64,000 nt of DNA from Callorhinchus milii (taxonomy: Eukaryota). A program made the translations under genes and the position numbers. Below, in pieces: positions 36,711 through 50,217 of this stretch. The stretch spans positions 113,834,001 through 113,898,000 of the forward strand of contig NW_024704742.1 of NCBI RefSeq assembly GCF_018977255.1, read 5' to 3'. Numbering within the stretch: position 1 is the stretch's first letter; each line of letters starts with the position of its first letter. The notes beneath the pieces are model-generated. The model was not told where the DNA came from. It saw only the letters and a list, made by a program, of their open reading frames with translations, and did not search any database.

Positions 36711-38057
36711 TAATTTTGTTGCTGTTGTTAATCAAATAATAATATTAATAATTTGTATTTAGACAGTGCCTTTCATATAACAAATATAATTGATTAGAAA
36801 TGAAATGAAGATTGGTATATAGGCAAACACAGCACCAAATCTGCGCCAGCAATGTCCCACAGACAGGACTGAGATGAGCAGTCAATTAATTTGAATGTGG
36901 GGGCAAATTTGGATTAGGAAGGGAATATAAACCAGGAATAACCAGGAGAGAGACTTCACATTTCTTTATAACAGCAATGGCAGGGCAGTTGCAGGGAAAA
37001 GCACAAGATGGAATCTAAACTTAAGAAAAATCAAAACAATGGGATGATCCTATGAAAATAAATAGAATGTTGTTCCCGGCCTGCCTCAAAACTTACCTCA
37101 CCTCTTTGATGACACTTTTCCTCATCTTTCCCCTACCTGTCCTCTTCACCTCCCACACATTAGCTCAGGTGCTCAGCCAGCAGTGTAAAATACGTTGAGA
37201 CTCCTTCTCAACTTGAAAGGCACTGTATAAATGCGAACGCTGGCTAATTTGTTCACTCACCATTTTTCGATCTTTGTGAGCTTGAGGTTTTCCATTCACA
37301 AACTTGGGAGTGAATTTTGCAACCTAATGATCACAAACCAAAAGCTACCAAAATGCATTGAATCTCATTTTCAAATATCACATTTTAGACGCTAATACCT
37401 ATTGTCAGTTATTGGATGTCAAAACATGTAATGCACACAAAACATCTGCATAGCTCCCACATTACTGAACTTATATATGAGATATATCTGATTTGAAAAA
37501 CAGTAGCTCAAAAACCCAGGAGACCTATAATGCTGACATTGAACAGCTTAGGTGTTTTGTACACAATTACTAAAGCAGCTGTAAGATAGAACTCTCACAT
37601 GTCTTCAACTGCACATGGAAAAAACAATTTAATAATAATAATAATCCTTGCAATTGATATAGCACCTTATTACATTGTTGAGACATCTCAAAACGCTTCA
37701 CAGGATATACTGTAAAGTAGATTGACTGTGTAATGATACAGAAACACATAAAAATTCACTGCAAGAACTATAACAAAGTTACAACTGCAAATATGGCTAA
37801 TTTAGCTAACGTGAACAAGTATAGATGAGCTAAATTTTATATACCTTTATATACTTCACTTTTTGTTGCTCTTAAATACATACATATGATGAGAAGTAGG
37901 CTACTTGGTCTATGGAGGTTGTTTCACCATTTAATTTGATGATGGCACATCTGTTAATCCCATTTCCCTGCTGTGTTTCCATATCCTTTATTACCAAATA
38001 AAGATAATAAGTTGGTCACTTCAATCCGCAAATGTTTGTCACGGATTGAAGTGACCA

Positions 38058-39331
38058 TGACGTCCTGACCATGTGTGACCAGGGCTCCCTCTGCCTCCTA
38101 GTCCTCCTTGACCTCTCCGCCGCCTTTGATACCGTGGACCACTCAATCCTCCTCCACTGCCTCTCCTCCCACCTTAACCTTCAAGGTTCTGGTCCTTGAC
38201 TGGTACAGGACCTACCTTTCACATTGCCTCCACTTCATCACTGCAAACGGTTTATCCTCCAGCCCCCGCACCATCTCGTGCGGTGTTCCTCAGGGCTCCG
38301 TCCTCAGTCCCCTCTTCTTCACCCTCTATATGCTCCCCCTTGGTGACATCATCCGCAGACATGGGGTAAATTTCCACATGTTTGCGGATGACACCCAACT
38401 CTACCTCTCTGCCTCCACCCTCAACTCCAGGACTACTGGCGTCCTGACCAACTGCCTGTCTGACATCCAGTCCTGGACGAGGACTAACTTTCTTCAACTC
38501 AACGTCAGCAAGACCAAAGCCTTCCTGATTGACTTGCGCCAGCGTCTCCGCACCTCGGGCGCTGGCAGCATCAGCCTCCACGGCTGCACACTCAACCTCA
38601 CTCAGCCAGTCAGGAACTTGGGTATTTTGTTCCGCGCCATGACCGGCACTGCCTACCACCACCTCCGCAACATGGCCAGACTCCACCAATGCCTCACCCC
38701 TCAGGCTGCCGAAACCCTCACCCACGCATTCGTCACCTCAAGACTTGATTACGGGAACTCCCACCTCATCGGCCTTCCCAACTCATCCCTCCACAAGCTG
38801 CAGATCGTCCAAAACTCTGCAGCTCGTGTACTCTCACGCACCAGGCTCCACGACCCCATCACTCCCACCCTCGCCCGACTCTACTGGCTCCCCATCCCCC
38901 AGAGGATCGAGTTCAAGATCCTTGCCCTCACCTTTAAGGCTATCCATAGCCTTGCTTCCTCCTACCTCTCTGACCTGCTGACTCCCTACCAACCTGCCCG
39001 CTCCCTCCGTTCATCGGGCTCCAGCCTCTCCATGTCTCCCGCCCAACCCACCCTACCATTGGTTGCCGGGCTTTCAGCCTCTTTGCCCCCACACTCTGGA
39101 ACGCCATCCCACAGTCCCTTCTCCTCGCTTCCTCCCTTGCCTCCTTCAAGGCCGGTCTCAGGACCCTTCTCTTCGACCGTGTCTTTGGTCTCCCTCCCAC
39201 CTCTCTGCCTTCCCTCACCCCTAAACCACCCCTCCCCCATGCTCGGGCCCTGACACCTGACTGTTCAGCGCTTTGGGACGTCCTCCTGATGTGAAAGGTG
39301 CTCTTTAAATGTAATTTTGTTGTTGTGTTGT
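38058..39331 (+). mobile_element. 5'-truncated L2 LINE inserted into a SINE
   Basis: ORF 38108-39253 ([31 protein letters not shown]); TGTTTGT at 38033-38039 and 39332-39338 looks like a target-site duplication. Confidence 0.9.
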
Positions 39332-41891
39332 TGTTTGTGGGACACTGCTGGCTGGTGCAATTGGCTGCTGTGTTTCACCCACAAACACAGTCAATTCACT
39401 TTATAGCATATCCTGTGAAGCACTTTGAGACATCTCAAAGACATGATAAGGCACTATATCAAATGAAGGGATATTATTATTACCATCAGTCTCTCTGTCA
39501 GTCTGTCTGTCTGTCTGCCTGGCTGCCTGTCTGTCTGTCTATCTCCCTTTCAAACATCCCAATAGAATCTGCATATAATACAACCATTGATCACTGAATA
39601 AGGACAGATTAAAGCCTTTGTATCCTACATAAAGCAGGACCTGTTAGGATTTTAGGAGTGGAATAGTTGCACACAATTGCTTCTGTGATGAAACTTAAAA
39701 CATGCCAATGGCAAGAGTGGATACAATAACCCTGGTTGTGTGCAAACTGGATGTGCATTTCACCCACAAAATACAGTCAATCGACTTCACAGTATAGCCT
39801 GCGAAGTGCTTTGATACGTCTCAATGACGTGATAAGGCGCTATATCAAATGGAAGGATTATTATTATTAGAAGCTGAGTTGAAAGAGAATTGTTCAACAC
39901 ACATGCAGACAGCAGTCACACCAAAAATAAAACTGAAAAAATTTGCTTGATCGAGAAATCTTTTTTAAAAATAGTCAACAGTAACATTTTACATCATGCA
40001 AAGATTATTTTACGGTGCTCTAATCAGGCTACATTTAAAGTACTGCATACAGTACAAACAACTTAAGATGATCTCCAGTTTTAGAGGAATGCAAAATGAG
40101 TAGATTTATTGTTTATTATTTTTATTACAAGCTATGGCTCTTCAGTTAGGAGAAGTTAATTAAGAGGGAACCTTATAAAGGTGTATAGCATTTTAAATGG
40201 GGTCCAAAAGGAAATCTAGAACAATAATTTCAGATACACCAAGATAATACAACAAGAGAACATAGGTTTACAATAAAAAAAGGGCAATTTCAGGTCAAAC
40301 ACTATGAAGTATACTTCTGACCCTTCAGTCATGGATCCGAAACGTTGACTCACTTTCCTTTCTTCATAGATGATGCCTGATCTGCTGAGTTTTCCCAGCT
40401 CTCTCTGTTTTTGTACTCAGAAGTATTTCTTTATTCAGAGATTAATTAATGACTGGAACAGATTACCAGGAAGGGTGATTGAGGCCAAGACATTGGATAG
40501 AGTTAAGAAACAATTGATTATGTTATGGGAGGATGGTAGGGTGAGTGTTCTGGAAAGAAGAGATTTAATGAGTCAACGGACCTTCTTCATCCAAATTAAT
40601 CTTGTGGCACTGATTTGAATGGCTTTCAAATATATTTTTTGGATAGGAGAATAGAAATGTGACAACTTTAAACACCTTGCCACAAAGGCTTATTGAAGCT
40701 GTTGAATCGCAAAATCACTTTAAAGCGAATGAAATAAGAATTTGAAGAAAAACAATATAAAAGTGGTACAGAGAAAGAGCAAGGAATTAGAATTAGAATG
40801 TGAAGCTCAAGTATAGGCTGAATGGACAAATGTCATCCTTTCTTTTTGTGTATGGGGGATTGTTGGCCAGGACACTGGGAGAAACTCCCTTTTGCTTCAA
40901 GTAATGTCATGGGATCTTTAATCTCCACCTGAATAGGTTAGCTCAAATCCCAATGTGGGACTTGAACCCACAACTTTCCAACTCATAAGAGTGTGTGTCA
41001 ACTTGACTCAGTTGAGTTTGAAACCCAATCCTTCCTTGGAATAGTCCCAGAAGGTAATGAAAGAAGAACTCAAAGGTCAATCCTAGATTATTTATCTCAT
41101 GGAGAAGAGCTGGTATAACCTTTAAGGATAAGCACAAACATCATAACTTTCTAATGATGCAGATGACTGTTTCAAGAGAGACTTAAGAATTCTTTGTAAT
41201 GTGAGTGTGTGCCAGTTACTATTTGAGGTAGGTCATTCCTAAGAAATCTGACCTTGTGCTCCATTACTACAATCCACCCTAAGGCTTTGTTTTAATAAAA
41301 CTCCTAAGGCTTCTGATTGACTCCAGGGCAAACACTAATCGAGTTTTATGAACAGAAAATAAGGACGGCTAGTTAACCGAATGAACAGACAATTTCCTAC
41401 TGAAATAAAAATATTGGTAATGCCAAAAAACTTGTGTATGAGCACATGTAAAGGTACTAAGGCTAATATAAATCCTGATTCATTCAAACCTAATTTAATG
41501 TGTGTCAAAGATAACCAGCATTGTCATTTTCCAGCAAGTGATACAAAACCCAGAAACAATCAGGAAAAGTTCTCAGTTTGCCATACGTTTGCCAACTCAT
41601 TTCTACTGACATTGTTGAAATAGAACACAAAAAGTAAAGTACCAGCATTTAATACCTTCTCGTGCCATATTGACTGAACCTTATTCAGTTAACTAAAAAT
41701 AAAACATTCCACTCAAAAATATTGTTTATTGATCTAATTTGTGGAAGTCTGTGCCTGATAATTATGCAAATCATATTGTAATTATGTAAGCACAGTCCGG
41801 GCTGACAATATAAAACAATGTGGGGAGTGCTGCATTATCAGTGTATTGTAAAGTGTAGTGACTGTATATTTGAAGGAGAATGCAGCAGCCA

Positions 41892-41915
41892 CCCTAACCC
41901 TAACCCTAACCCTAA
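41892..41915. repeat. Interstitial telomeric repeat (CCCTAA)4
   Basis: Four perfect hexamers. Confidence 0.9.
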
Positions 41916-42405
41916 GCAGCCCAGGATTTGGAATCCATATTGCAGGGCTGCTGCATTCACACACAAAATACACACAGTTGCTTCAATTTGCAGTATATCC
42001 TGTGAAGTGCTTTGAGATATCTCAACGACATGAAAAGGCACAATATTAAATGCAAGGTTTGTTATATATATATATGTGTGTGTGTATATACAGTATGTAA
42101 GATATATTAAATATACATTTTGAAATATATATTGTGATAAATTAAGATTAATTTATACTGAACAGTAACATATTTTCCATTTGTATCCTCTTTACAGAAA
42201 ATAAAAAGTATAAAGACTTACTCCCCATAAGACAGTTCACCATCATATGGGCACGTATTTAACTGTAATCGAATGTAAGAAAAAGTTTATTGCTGGTCTC
42301 ACAAATCGTTTCTCATCATGCCTTTCTCCTACAGAGTTACTTCACTGCACAAACAAAGCTTCATAACAGCCTTTCAGTATCAGAGTAAATACTTTATAGT
42401 ATATT

Positions 42406-43160
42406 GCCACTTCATCTCTCCCTCCCACTCTCACTCTGACCTCTCCATCCATGGTCTCCTACGCTGTTCCAATGAACCACAGGGTAAGCTCGAGGAGCAG
42501 CATCTCATCTATCTGCTAAGGACCTTATAGCTCTCTGGCCTCAATATTGATTTCAATAATTTCAGATTATAACAGCTCACATTCCCCCTCCCCCTCTTCT
42601 GTGACCATTACCACATCATCTGGTAATGGTGGAGTCCTGTAGCTCAGTGGTTAGAGCACTCGTCTTGCAAGCGAGACACCTGGGTTCAATTCCAGGCAGG
42701 GTAAAATCTTGAGCAAGTTTCCTTACTCCACACGCCTAATAATAATCCCTCCAAAACAAAACAATAATAAATTGGTCATTTTCAATCCACAACTGTTTGT
42801 GGGACATTGCTGTGCGCAATTGGCTGCCGTGTTTCACCCACAAATATACAGTCAATTCACTTTACAGTATATTCTGTGAAGCGCTTTGGGACGTCTAGAA
42901 GACGTGAAAAGCGCTATATCAAATGCAAGGATTATTATTATTATTATTATCATTAACACCTTTTAATCCATCATGCCCTGTCCTCTACCCCATTTTCTCC
43001 TTTGTCTTCCTTGCCCTGCCTCGCCCCTTGCTGTTTGTCCTTAAAATCTCTCCCTCCCAACATGCCCCAGTTCTGACGAAGGACCGTGGACCCGAAACGT
43101 TGACTCACTTTCCTTTCTCTATAGATGCTGCCTGACCTGCCCAGCAACTTCTCTTTTTGT
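42406..43160 (+). mobile_element. Penelope-like retroelement 3' fragment
   Basis: HFISPSHSHSDLSIHGLLRCSNEPQGKLEEQHLIYLLRTL*LSGLNIDFNNFR resembles the C-terminus of Penelope GIY-YIG ORFs; terminal CTGACGA...GAAACGTT motif. Confidence 0.75.
42631..42950 (+). mobile_element. Full-length tRNA-derived SINE nested in a Penelope-like element
   Basis: Same head and tail; interrupts 42406-43160. Confidence 0.9.
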
Positions 43161-46100
43161 GTTAAATACTTTATAGCTTTGACATTAAGCCGAAATCTCT
43201 GAAAGATCAGGCTTTTGGTAAAACATTGGTTGAGGCAAGGAACAACATAAGCAGCAAGCTTGCTACCAAGAACTCCAGTGGCTAAATCTAGCAACTGACT
43301 TCCATATGACAAATGATTGAGATCCAAAGGCCAGGGAGCCACAGAAATTGAGCTTTGTTTTCTCAGGCTTTGATCAACTTGCTCCTTCAAGACCTACACA
43401 GACAATTAAACAGCCAACCTCTACAGCTAAAGCCAATCTTAATCTCAATGGGAGGTTTAAAAAAAGGTTTCAAAGGAATTCCTTTGGGAAGAGGGAATCT
43501 TTGTTTCGTAATTTCTTCAAGGGATGCATCCAGCGTGTGCAAATCAGCTTTAGAGAGCGTTCTTTTTTNACATTCTGAGGAGGAAATTGTCTTTAACTCC
43601 ACTTGATCAGAAATCTTCAAAAGTTGAACAGCACACCCTGAATAGATACCACAATGTGCTGAACTATATTAAACAGTATGACAGCATGACCTTCCTACAT
43701 CTCTCAACAAAAGTGACAATGATATTCATTGAAAATGACTGCAGCATTATTTCATTTTATTTTAGAAGTTTGACTAACACACCCATCTCTCTCAATTTGT
43801 TGTAACAGAAAGTGGTTACAATCTTTAACAGAATTGTGTAACACAAACACTTGTAAAACAAAAAAAAATTGACTGATTAGTGTTTTGCTTTTCATTGTAA
43901 TTTTCTCCACTTTAAGTTAACCTCACATTCATGGCATCCTCTTCTGTCACGGACATCCACAATGAACCTTCTTGCTCAGCCCAACAGGAAATCCATTTGA
44001 ACTGCTCTCTTGCCATAGTTTGCTGTGTTTTATTCCAATGGCCTCCTCACCAGTCTCCCTAGTTCCACCATTCGTAAAATCCAATTCATTCAAAATTTTA
44101 TCGCTCATATTTTCACCTGTACCAAACTCTGCACCCCCATCACCCCGGTCCCTATCCCTGGTTCCCTATTGCAGAACGATTGATTCCAAGATCCTCACAC
44201 TCACTGACTAATCACTTCATGTCCTGGCACTTTTCTGCCTCTCCGACCTGTTAACTCCACTCTTCTAAACCACCCCCCACTTCACTTAGCTGGCTCCAGC
44301 TTTCTGCACATCCTCCATCCCTTCCACTCCACCATCAACGGCCACGATTTCAGTCACTACAGCTCGAAAATCTCAAAACTCTCAAACTCTCCATTTCAAT
44401 CACTCCTGAAGATCATCCTCTTTGACCATGTTGTTGTTGTTTTGAAGATGGGGGGCAACATGTAAAATCTATTTCAGGATGTAATTACTCCACAGAGCAG
44501 GGGCAGAGTGGCTGAAGGAGCGCCCGCAAATGGTGGAGTAGTGTGGGATATGAAGCAGGCTGGTGTTTTTTGAGCAGAGGGAGCTGGAACAGTGGGGTCA
44601 CAGGAGGTCACAGAGGTAGGGTTGGGCAAGCTCATGGAGGTATTTTGAAAAAGACAAGTTGGAACGTCGGGAGCCAGTGGTGCCGAGTGATGGGCTTGCA
44701 GCTTGCAGAGTTTGGTGTGGGAGTGGACACAGGCTGCAGAGCTGTGGATGATTTTAGCGCCTTGGGACGCCATCCCTGTGCCTTGGGACATCTTCCTGAC
44801 ATGATAGGTGCTATACAAATGTAATTTGTTTTTGTTATTGCTGTTTGAAGCTTGTATAAAGAGGAGATGGGGATTTCAGCAAGCAGGGCTTTGGGAGTAA
44901 TCAAGTCTGGAAATGATGAAGGTATGGATGAGGGTTTCAGCATCATTGGGGGAAAGGCAATGGTGGATTATGCAATCCTCCCCCAACATTGGCCTGGATT
45001 GCAGTCTAGACTATGAATCCAAAATCCCAATGTGGTGGTTGAATCCACAACCTTCTGATTTAGAGGTAAGAGCTAGTCTGAAATCTTGCTTAAACACTGA
45101 TCCCATCGGTAAGTCAGATTTGAATGTTTTCAGCTTAGGCACTGTGTCAGTGGAAGAAACATTAATATTACAGTAGCAAAGCTACTCAAATATCAGAATA
45201 GCTTTATTTAATACATAACTCTATCACTGAGATATTAATCTTAAGATTCCTAAAAACAAACAATGAAAACCTAATTTTAATTAAATATGACATCTAAATA
45301 CTTTGCTTATTGTTCTCTTTTTCCTACTGTGTTCTCTTCTCCACTAATTCAAGATCCTTGTTCTCACATCCATGGTCTTCCCCAACCCCCCGCCCCCCTC
45401 TATCTCTGTGGTCTGCATCAACTTCACCACCCAGCTCCTCCCTCCGCTCAGTGACCTTTGATCTGCGACTTACCCTGCCCTATCCAGCCCACTATTGGTG
45501 GGCGCACTTTCAGCTATTCTGTCCCTGTTCTCTGAAACTTCACCCCAGAGTCAGTCAAATTTGCTCGCTCCCTCTCCTCATTCAAGGTCCATCTCAAAAA
45601 CATATCTCTTTGCCCATTCCTTCCCCTCTTCATCACCTCTGCTCCCACCCCCCCAGCTCAGATGCCCAGCTCTGTCAAGCTCATTGAGATGTGAAAGTCG
45701 TTATATGGAGTAAATTACTGTAGAACTTTTGTAGTAGCATTTTCACTTTATTTTTAATTTGCTAACTATTTACCTTTCCTTCTTCGTTAAAATTTTAAAA
45801 CTTGACTCCTCCCTTTCTTTTTCTGCCTCCCCATTCCCACCATCCACTTTGGGATCAGCTTTTTTTTACAGCTTTTAAAGAATTTTACATTGGCTCAAAT
45901 AGGGCTTTAAATCTCCTTTTGGCAGTCAATGAAAAACCCAGTCAAATCATGCCAAAAACAATAGATAATAATAATAATCCATGCTTTTGATATAGTGCCT
46001 TATCAGATCGTTGAGACATCTTAAAGCACTTTGCAGAATACACTGTAAAGTGAATTGACTGTATATTTTGTGGGAGAAACTCGGCAGCTAATTGTGCACA

Positions 46101-46167
46101 GCAATGTCCCACAAACAGTCGTGGATTGAATGACCAAATTACTTCATTTTTACTTTGCTAACTATCT

Positions 46168-47110
46168 GACATGGGGTCAACTTCCACATATATGTGGATG
46201 ACACCCAACTGTACCTCTCTGCCTCCACCCTTGACTCCAGGACCACTGCTGAACTGACAGAATGTCTGTCAGACATCAAGTCCTGGATGAGAGCTAACTT
46301 TCTTCACTTGAACGTCAACAAGACCGAGGCCTTCCCGATTGGCTCCCATCAGCACCTCCTCACCTCAGGCACTTGCAGTATTACCGTCAAAGGATGCACA
46401 CTCCAACTCACTGAGCCAGTCCAGAACCATGGCATCTTGTTTGACCTTCAAATGTCCTTTATGCCACATGTCTATGCCATGATCTGCTCTGCCTTCCTCC
46501 ACCTCCGCAACCTCGCCCGGCTCCACCACTGTCCCACCCCGCAGGCCACAGAGACCCTCATATAGGCATTCATAACATCCAGGCTCAACTATGCAAACTC
46601 CCTGCTTGTAGGCCTCCCCAACTCCTCCCTCCATAGGCTGTAGATCACCCAGAACTCTGTAGCCCATGTCCTCTCCAACACCAGGCTCCGTGACCCTATC
46701 ACCCCCATCCTCGCCCGACTCTACTGGCTTCCCATCACACAGAGGATACAGTTCAAGATTCGGGTCCTCACCTTCAAAGCCCTCCATAGCCTTGCTCCCT
46801 CCTATCTCTGCAACCTCCTAACCCCCTACCAACCTGCCCGATAACCTCCACTCAGTGGGCTCCGGCCTCCTTCATGTCCCTCGATTACCCGCCCCACTAT
46901 TGGCAGGCAGACCTTCAACCACTCTGCCCCCACCCTCTGGAACTCCATTCCGCAGTCCCTCTGCCTCCCCCCTTCCCTTGCCACCTTCAAGACCTAACTC
47001 AATACCCTCCTCTTCGACCATGACTTCGATCACCCTCCTTCTCCCCCTGCCCTCCACCCTCCTCGATCCCAACCCCCAGCTCGGGTCCAAAACACTGATT
47101 GTCCAGCCTC

Positions 47111-47160
<50 letters not shown>

Positions 47161-47460
47161 GCAAGGCTGTAAAGTGAATTGACCGCATATTTGTGGGGAA
47201 ACATGGCAGCCAATTGTACACGGCAGTGTCCCACGAACAGTCGTGAATTAAAAATGACCAATTTATTATTGCTTTTTGTTTTGGAGGGATTATTATTAGG
47301 CATGTGGAGTAAGGAAACTTGCCCAAGGTTTCGCCCTGCCTGGAATTAAACCCAGGTGTCTAGCTTGCAAGGCGAGTGCTCTAACCACTGAGCTACAGGA
47401 CTCTTGCGATGTCCTCCTGATGTAACAGGCACTATACAAAAGTAATTTTGTTGTTGTTGT
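46168..47460 (+). mobile_element. L2 LINE 3' fragment with a SINE inserted in its tail
   Basis: [17 protein letters not shown] at 46194; tail interrupted by the SINE at 47112-47402 and resumes at 47403. Confidence 0.85.
47112..47402 (-). mobile_element. tRNA-derived SINE with internal 3' deletion and expanded (ATT)n tail
   Basis: Head intact; the tail stem-loop segment is missing; about 16 AAT units at 47112-47158. Confidence 0.88.
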
Positions 47461-50124
47461 ATCTACCTGTATTTTTTTAAAAATTTATATAGGAGCTGAG
47501 CAGCTACATGCTAACTGGTCAATGAGCTTTAAGAGTTAAATAACTGGGAGAATATCCAGTAACCAAAGGAATTGGTTGGCACTGCTATAGTATGAACAGC
47601 TTGTCTTTTTGCCAGCCTACTTATGTGTAATGAAACAATCGAGACCCATTTCACGTCAATAATCAAACATAATTCCAGGGCATGTGGACTGGTTTGTGGT
47701 TTTCATTTGTTAAACAACAGAGAGAATCCGTACAAATGAAATACAGACTGTTGGATAGCCATTTTAATGGTCAGATTTCCCTTACTTCCCCAGATGAAGA
47801 AGTCAGAAAAGTTTAGTCTGAAAATATTTTGCAGAATAATGGACCTGTCTACTCAATGTCCGACTAAAATAAGCTTCCTTAGTGTTATCCATTTACCGAA
47901 AACATGGAATGTCAAGATGGTTCATCAACTCAATAGAAAAGTTTCTAATGAACACAGATTAGCTCTGATTTGTTCCTTACAGTAGACAAAGGGGCATTTT
48001 TCTGAAAATAAGTTTTTACAGTCTCATAAAATGCAAATTTATGAAAATCTCATTCTGTACTCAAAGGGATATACACCACCCAACCAGATGTGTCACTTGG
48101 CTCAGTGGTAGCACTTTCTCCTCCGAGTCAGAAGGTTGTAGGTTCAAATCCCACATCGGGACATGAACTCACACAGTCTAAGTTGACATTCCAAAGTAAG
48201 GCTGTGGGGGTGTTGCATTGTTGGAGGTGCATGAGATGTTAGACTGATGTCCCATCTGCCTGGTGGACTTTAAACAACAACAACAAAATTACATTTGTAT
48301 AGCGCCTTTCACATCGGGAGGACGTCCCAAGGTGCTGTACAGACAGAATTTTGGACTCGAGCTGGGGGTAGGGGGCCAGGGAGGGTAGAGGGCAGGGGTG
48401 GAAGCAGGTAGATTGAAAGCACGGTTGAAGCACAGGGTCTTGTGATGGGACTAAAGATCCGATAGCACTATTTGAAAAGGTAGGCAAGTTTCTCCTGGTG
48501 TCCTGGCTAACAATCTCCCAAATAAAATTGGTCACTCGTTTCATAACTGTTTGTGGGACATTGTTGTGCACAATTGTGCCGCTGCATTTGCCTACAAATA
48601 CGCAGTGAAATCCATTTCACAGTAAATCCTGTGAAGAGCTTTGAGACGACTTTCCGATGTGATAAGGCGTCATATCAAATGCAAGGAGGTTTATTATATT
48701 CATTTCAATAGCATTTTTATCTATAAGATATTTTTGTTCACTATGGAATTCACATGGTTCTTATGTTTAACACAAAGCTCAGCCCACCCAATTATTTAGA
48801 TAGCAGTACATCACAGCCACAAAATATTTTGGATGATGAAAGGATGCCTGAAACTGGCCTCTAAGAAGTATAACCATGAAGTTTGTAAATTCAAAACAGC
48901 ATTTATTCTGCATTTAAAAAAAATCTGAAAAGACTCACTGCAATGTACAACAACAATGTCAGATTGCAGTTATATAGTCATTTCATGTAGGGAGAACATT
49001 CCCAAAGCGCTGGATTTGCACCTGATCTGTAAGTTGGATTCAAGAGAGGCGGGGGTAGAGATGATCGAAGGCATGGTCAAAGAGTCTTGAGATGGACCTT
49101 GAAGGAGTTAAGGGATGGGACGAGGTGAGGGGATTCTGGGATGAGTTCCAGAGAGTTGGGGCAAATTGTCTGAAAGCCTGACCCCCGATGATGGGCAAAC
49201 AGGGTGAGGGACTTGAAACAGGTCAGTGCCTACTGAGCAGAGGGAGCGGGTGGGTTGGTAGGGTTTAAGAAGGTCACAGAGAAAATGTGGGGCAAGTCAG
49301 TGGAGGGATTTCAAAGTGAGGACAAAGATCTTGAACTCAATCCTCTGGCGATGGTAAGCCAGTGGAGCCAGGTGAGGAGGGAGTTGATCAATTCACGGAA
49401 CTTAGTAAAGGATGTAAACCAATGATGCTTATTAGAATGATAAATGATATAATAATCCTTGCATTTGATATAGCACCTTTCACATCAGGAGGATGTCTCA
49501 AAGTATTTCATGGGATTTATTGTAAAGAATATTTACTGTACTCTGTACTTTGATGACGAAATGAAGGCCTAAAGGCCAGTTGTGGTCCTCACAGGATTTG
49601 TTCTGGATATTGGCTGAATTGAGATTGGAGTGCTGTTCCCCCTCCTTTTCTTCCTTTCTAGGAAAAGAAGAGAGAAGTTTGTGCATACAACAACAACAAC
49701 AAAATTACATTTGTATAGCGCCTTTCACGTCGGGAGGTTATCCCAGGCACTGGACAATCAGCGTTTCGGACCCAAGCAGGGGGTTGGAAATGGGGAGGGT
49801 AGAGGGCAGGGGGGAAAGAGGGTGATCGAAGGCATGGTCGAATAAGGTAAGGAGTGGGATTGAATGAACATTGCCATGGGAGCTGGTGCGAAGACAATGG
49901 GCTGAGTGACCTACTTCTGCACTGTATATTTCTGTGGGAGATTATTGGGTTGTAGGACTATCTCAGTTTTCATGAATGCAAGAGAAAAGCATTTATAAAC
50001 AAAATCTCTACTAGAACTATTCACTCCTTAGGGTTTTTCTCTGCTTGACAATTGGCTATAGTAACATGAAGGAAATGATGTGGAACACTCAGTATTTGGG
50101 AATTGTGAGCACAGATCCTATTAC

Positions 50125-50217
50125 CTTAAGTATGAGTATTTCTGAGAACTGGCCTCAAATAAAGATGTCGATTGAGATATGGTCTTCGATAAAAGTTTAA
50201 TGAGTAACACTGCTGTA
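50125..50217 (-). pseudogene. 93-nt symmetric exon-like block
   Basis: cattTATAG|T ACA GCA...TTA AG|GTAATA; open frame TAVLLIKLLSKTISQSTSLFEASSQKYSYLR; phase 2-2, compatible with neighbours. Confidence 0.5.
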
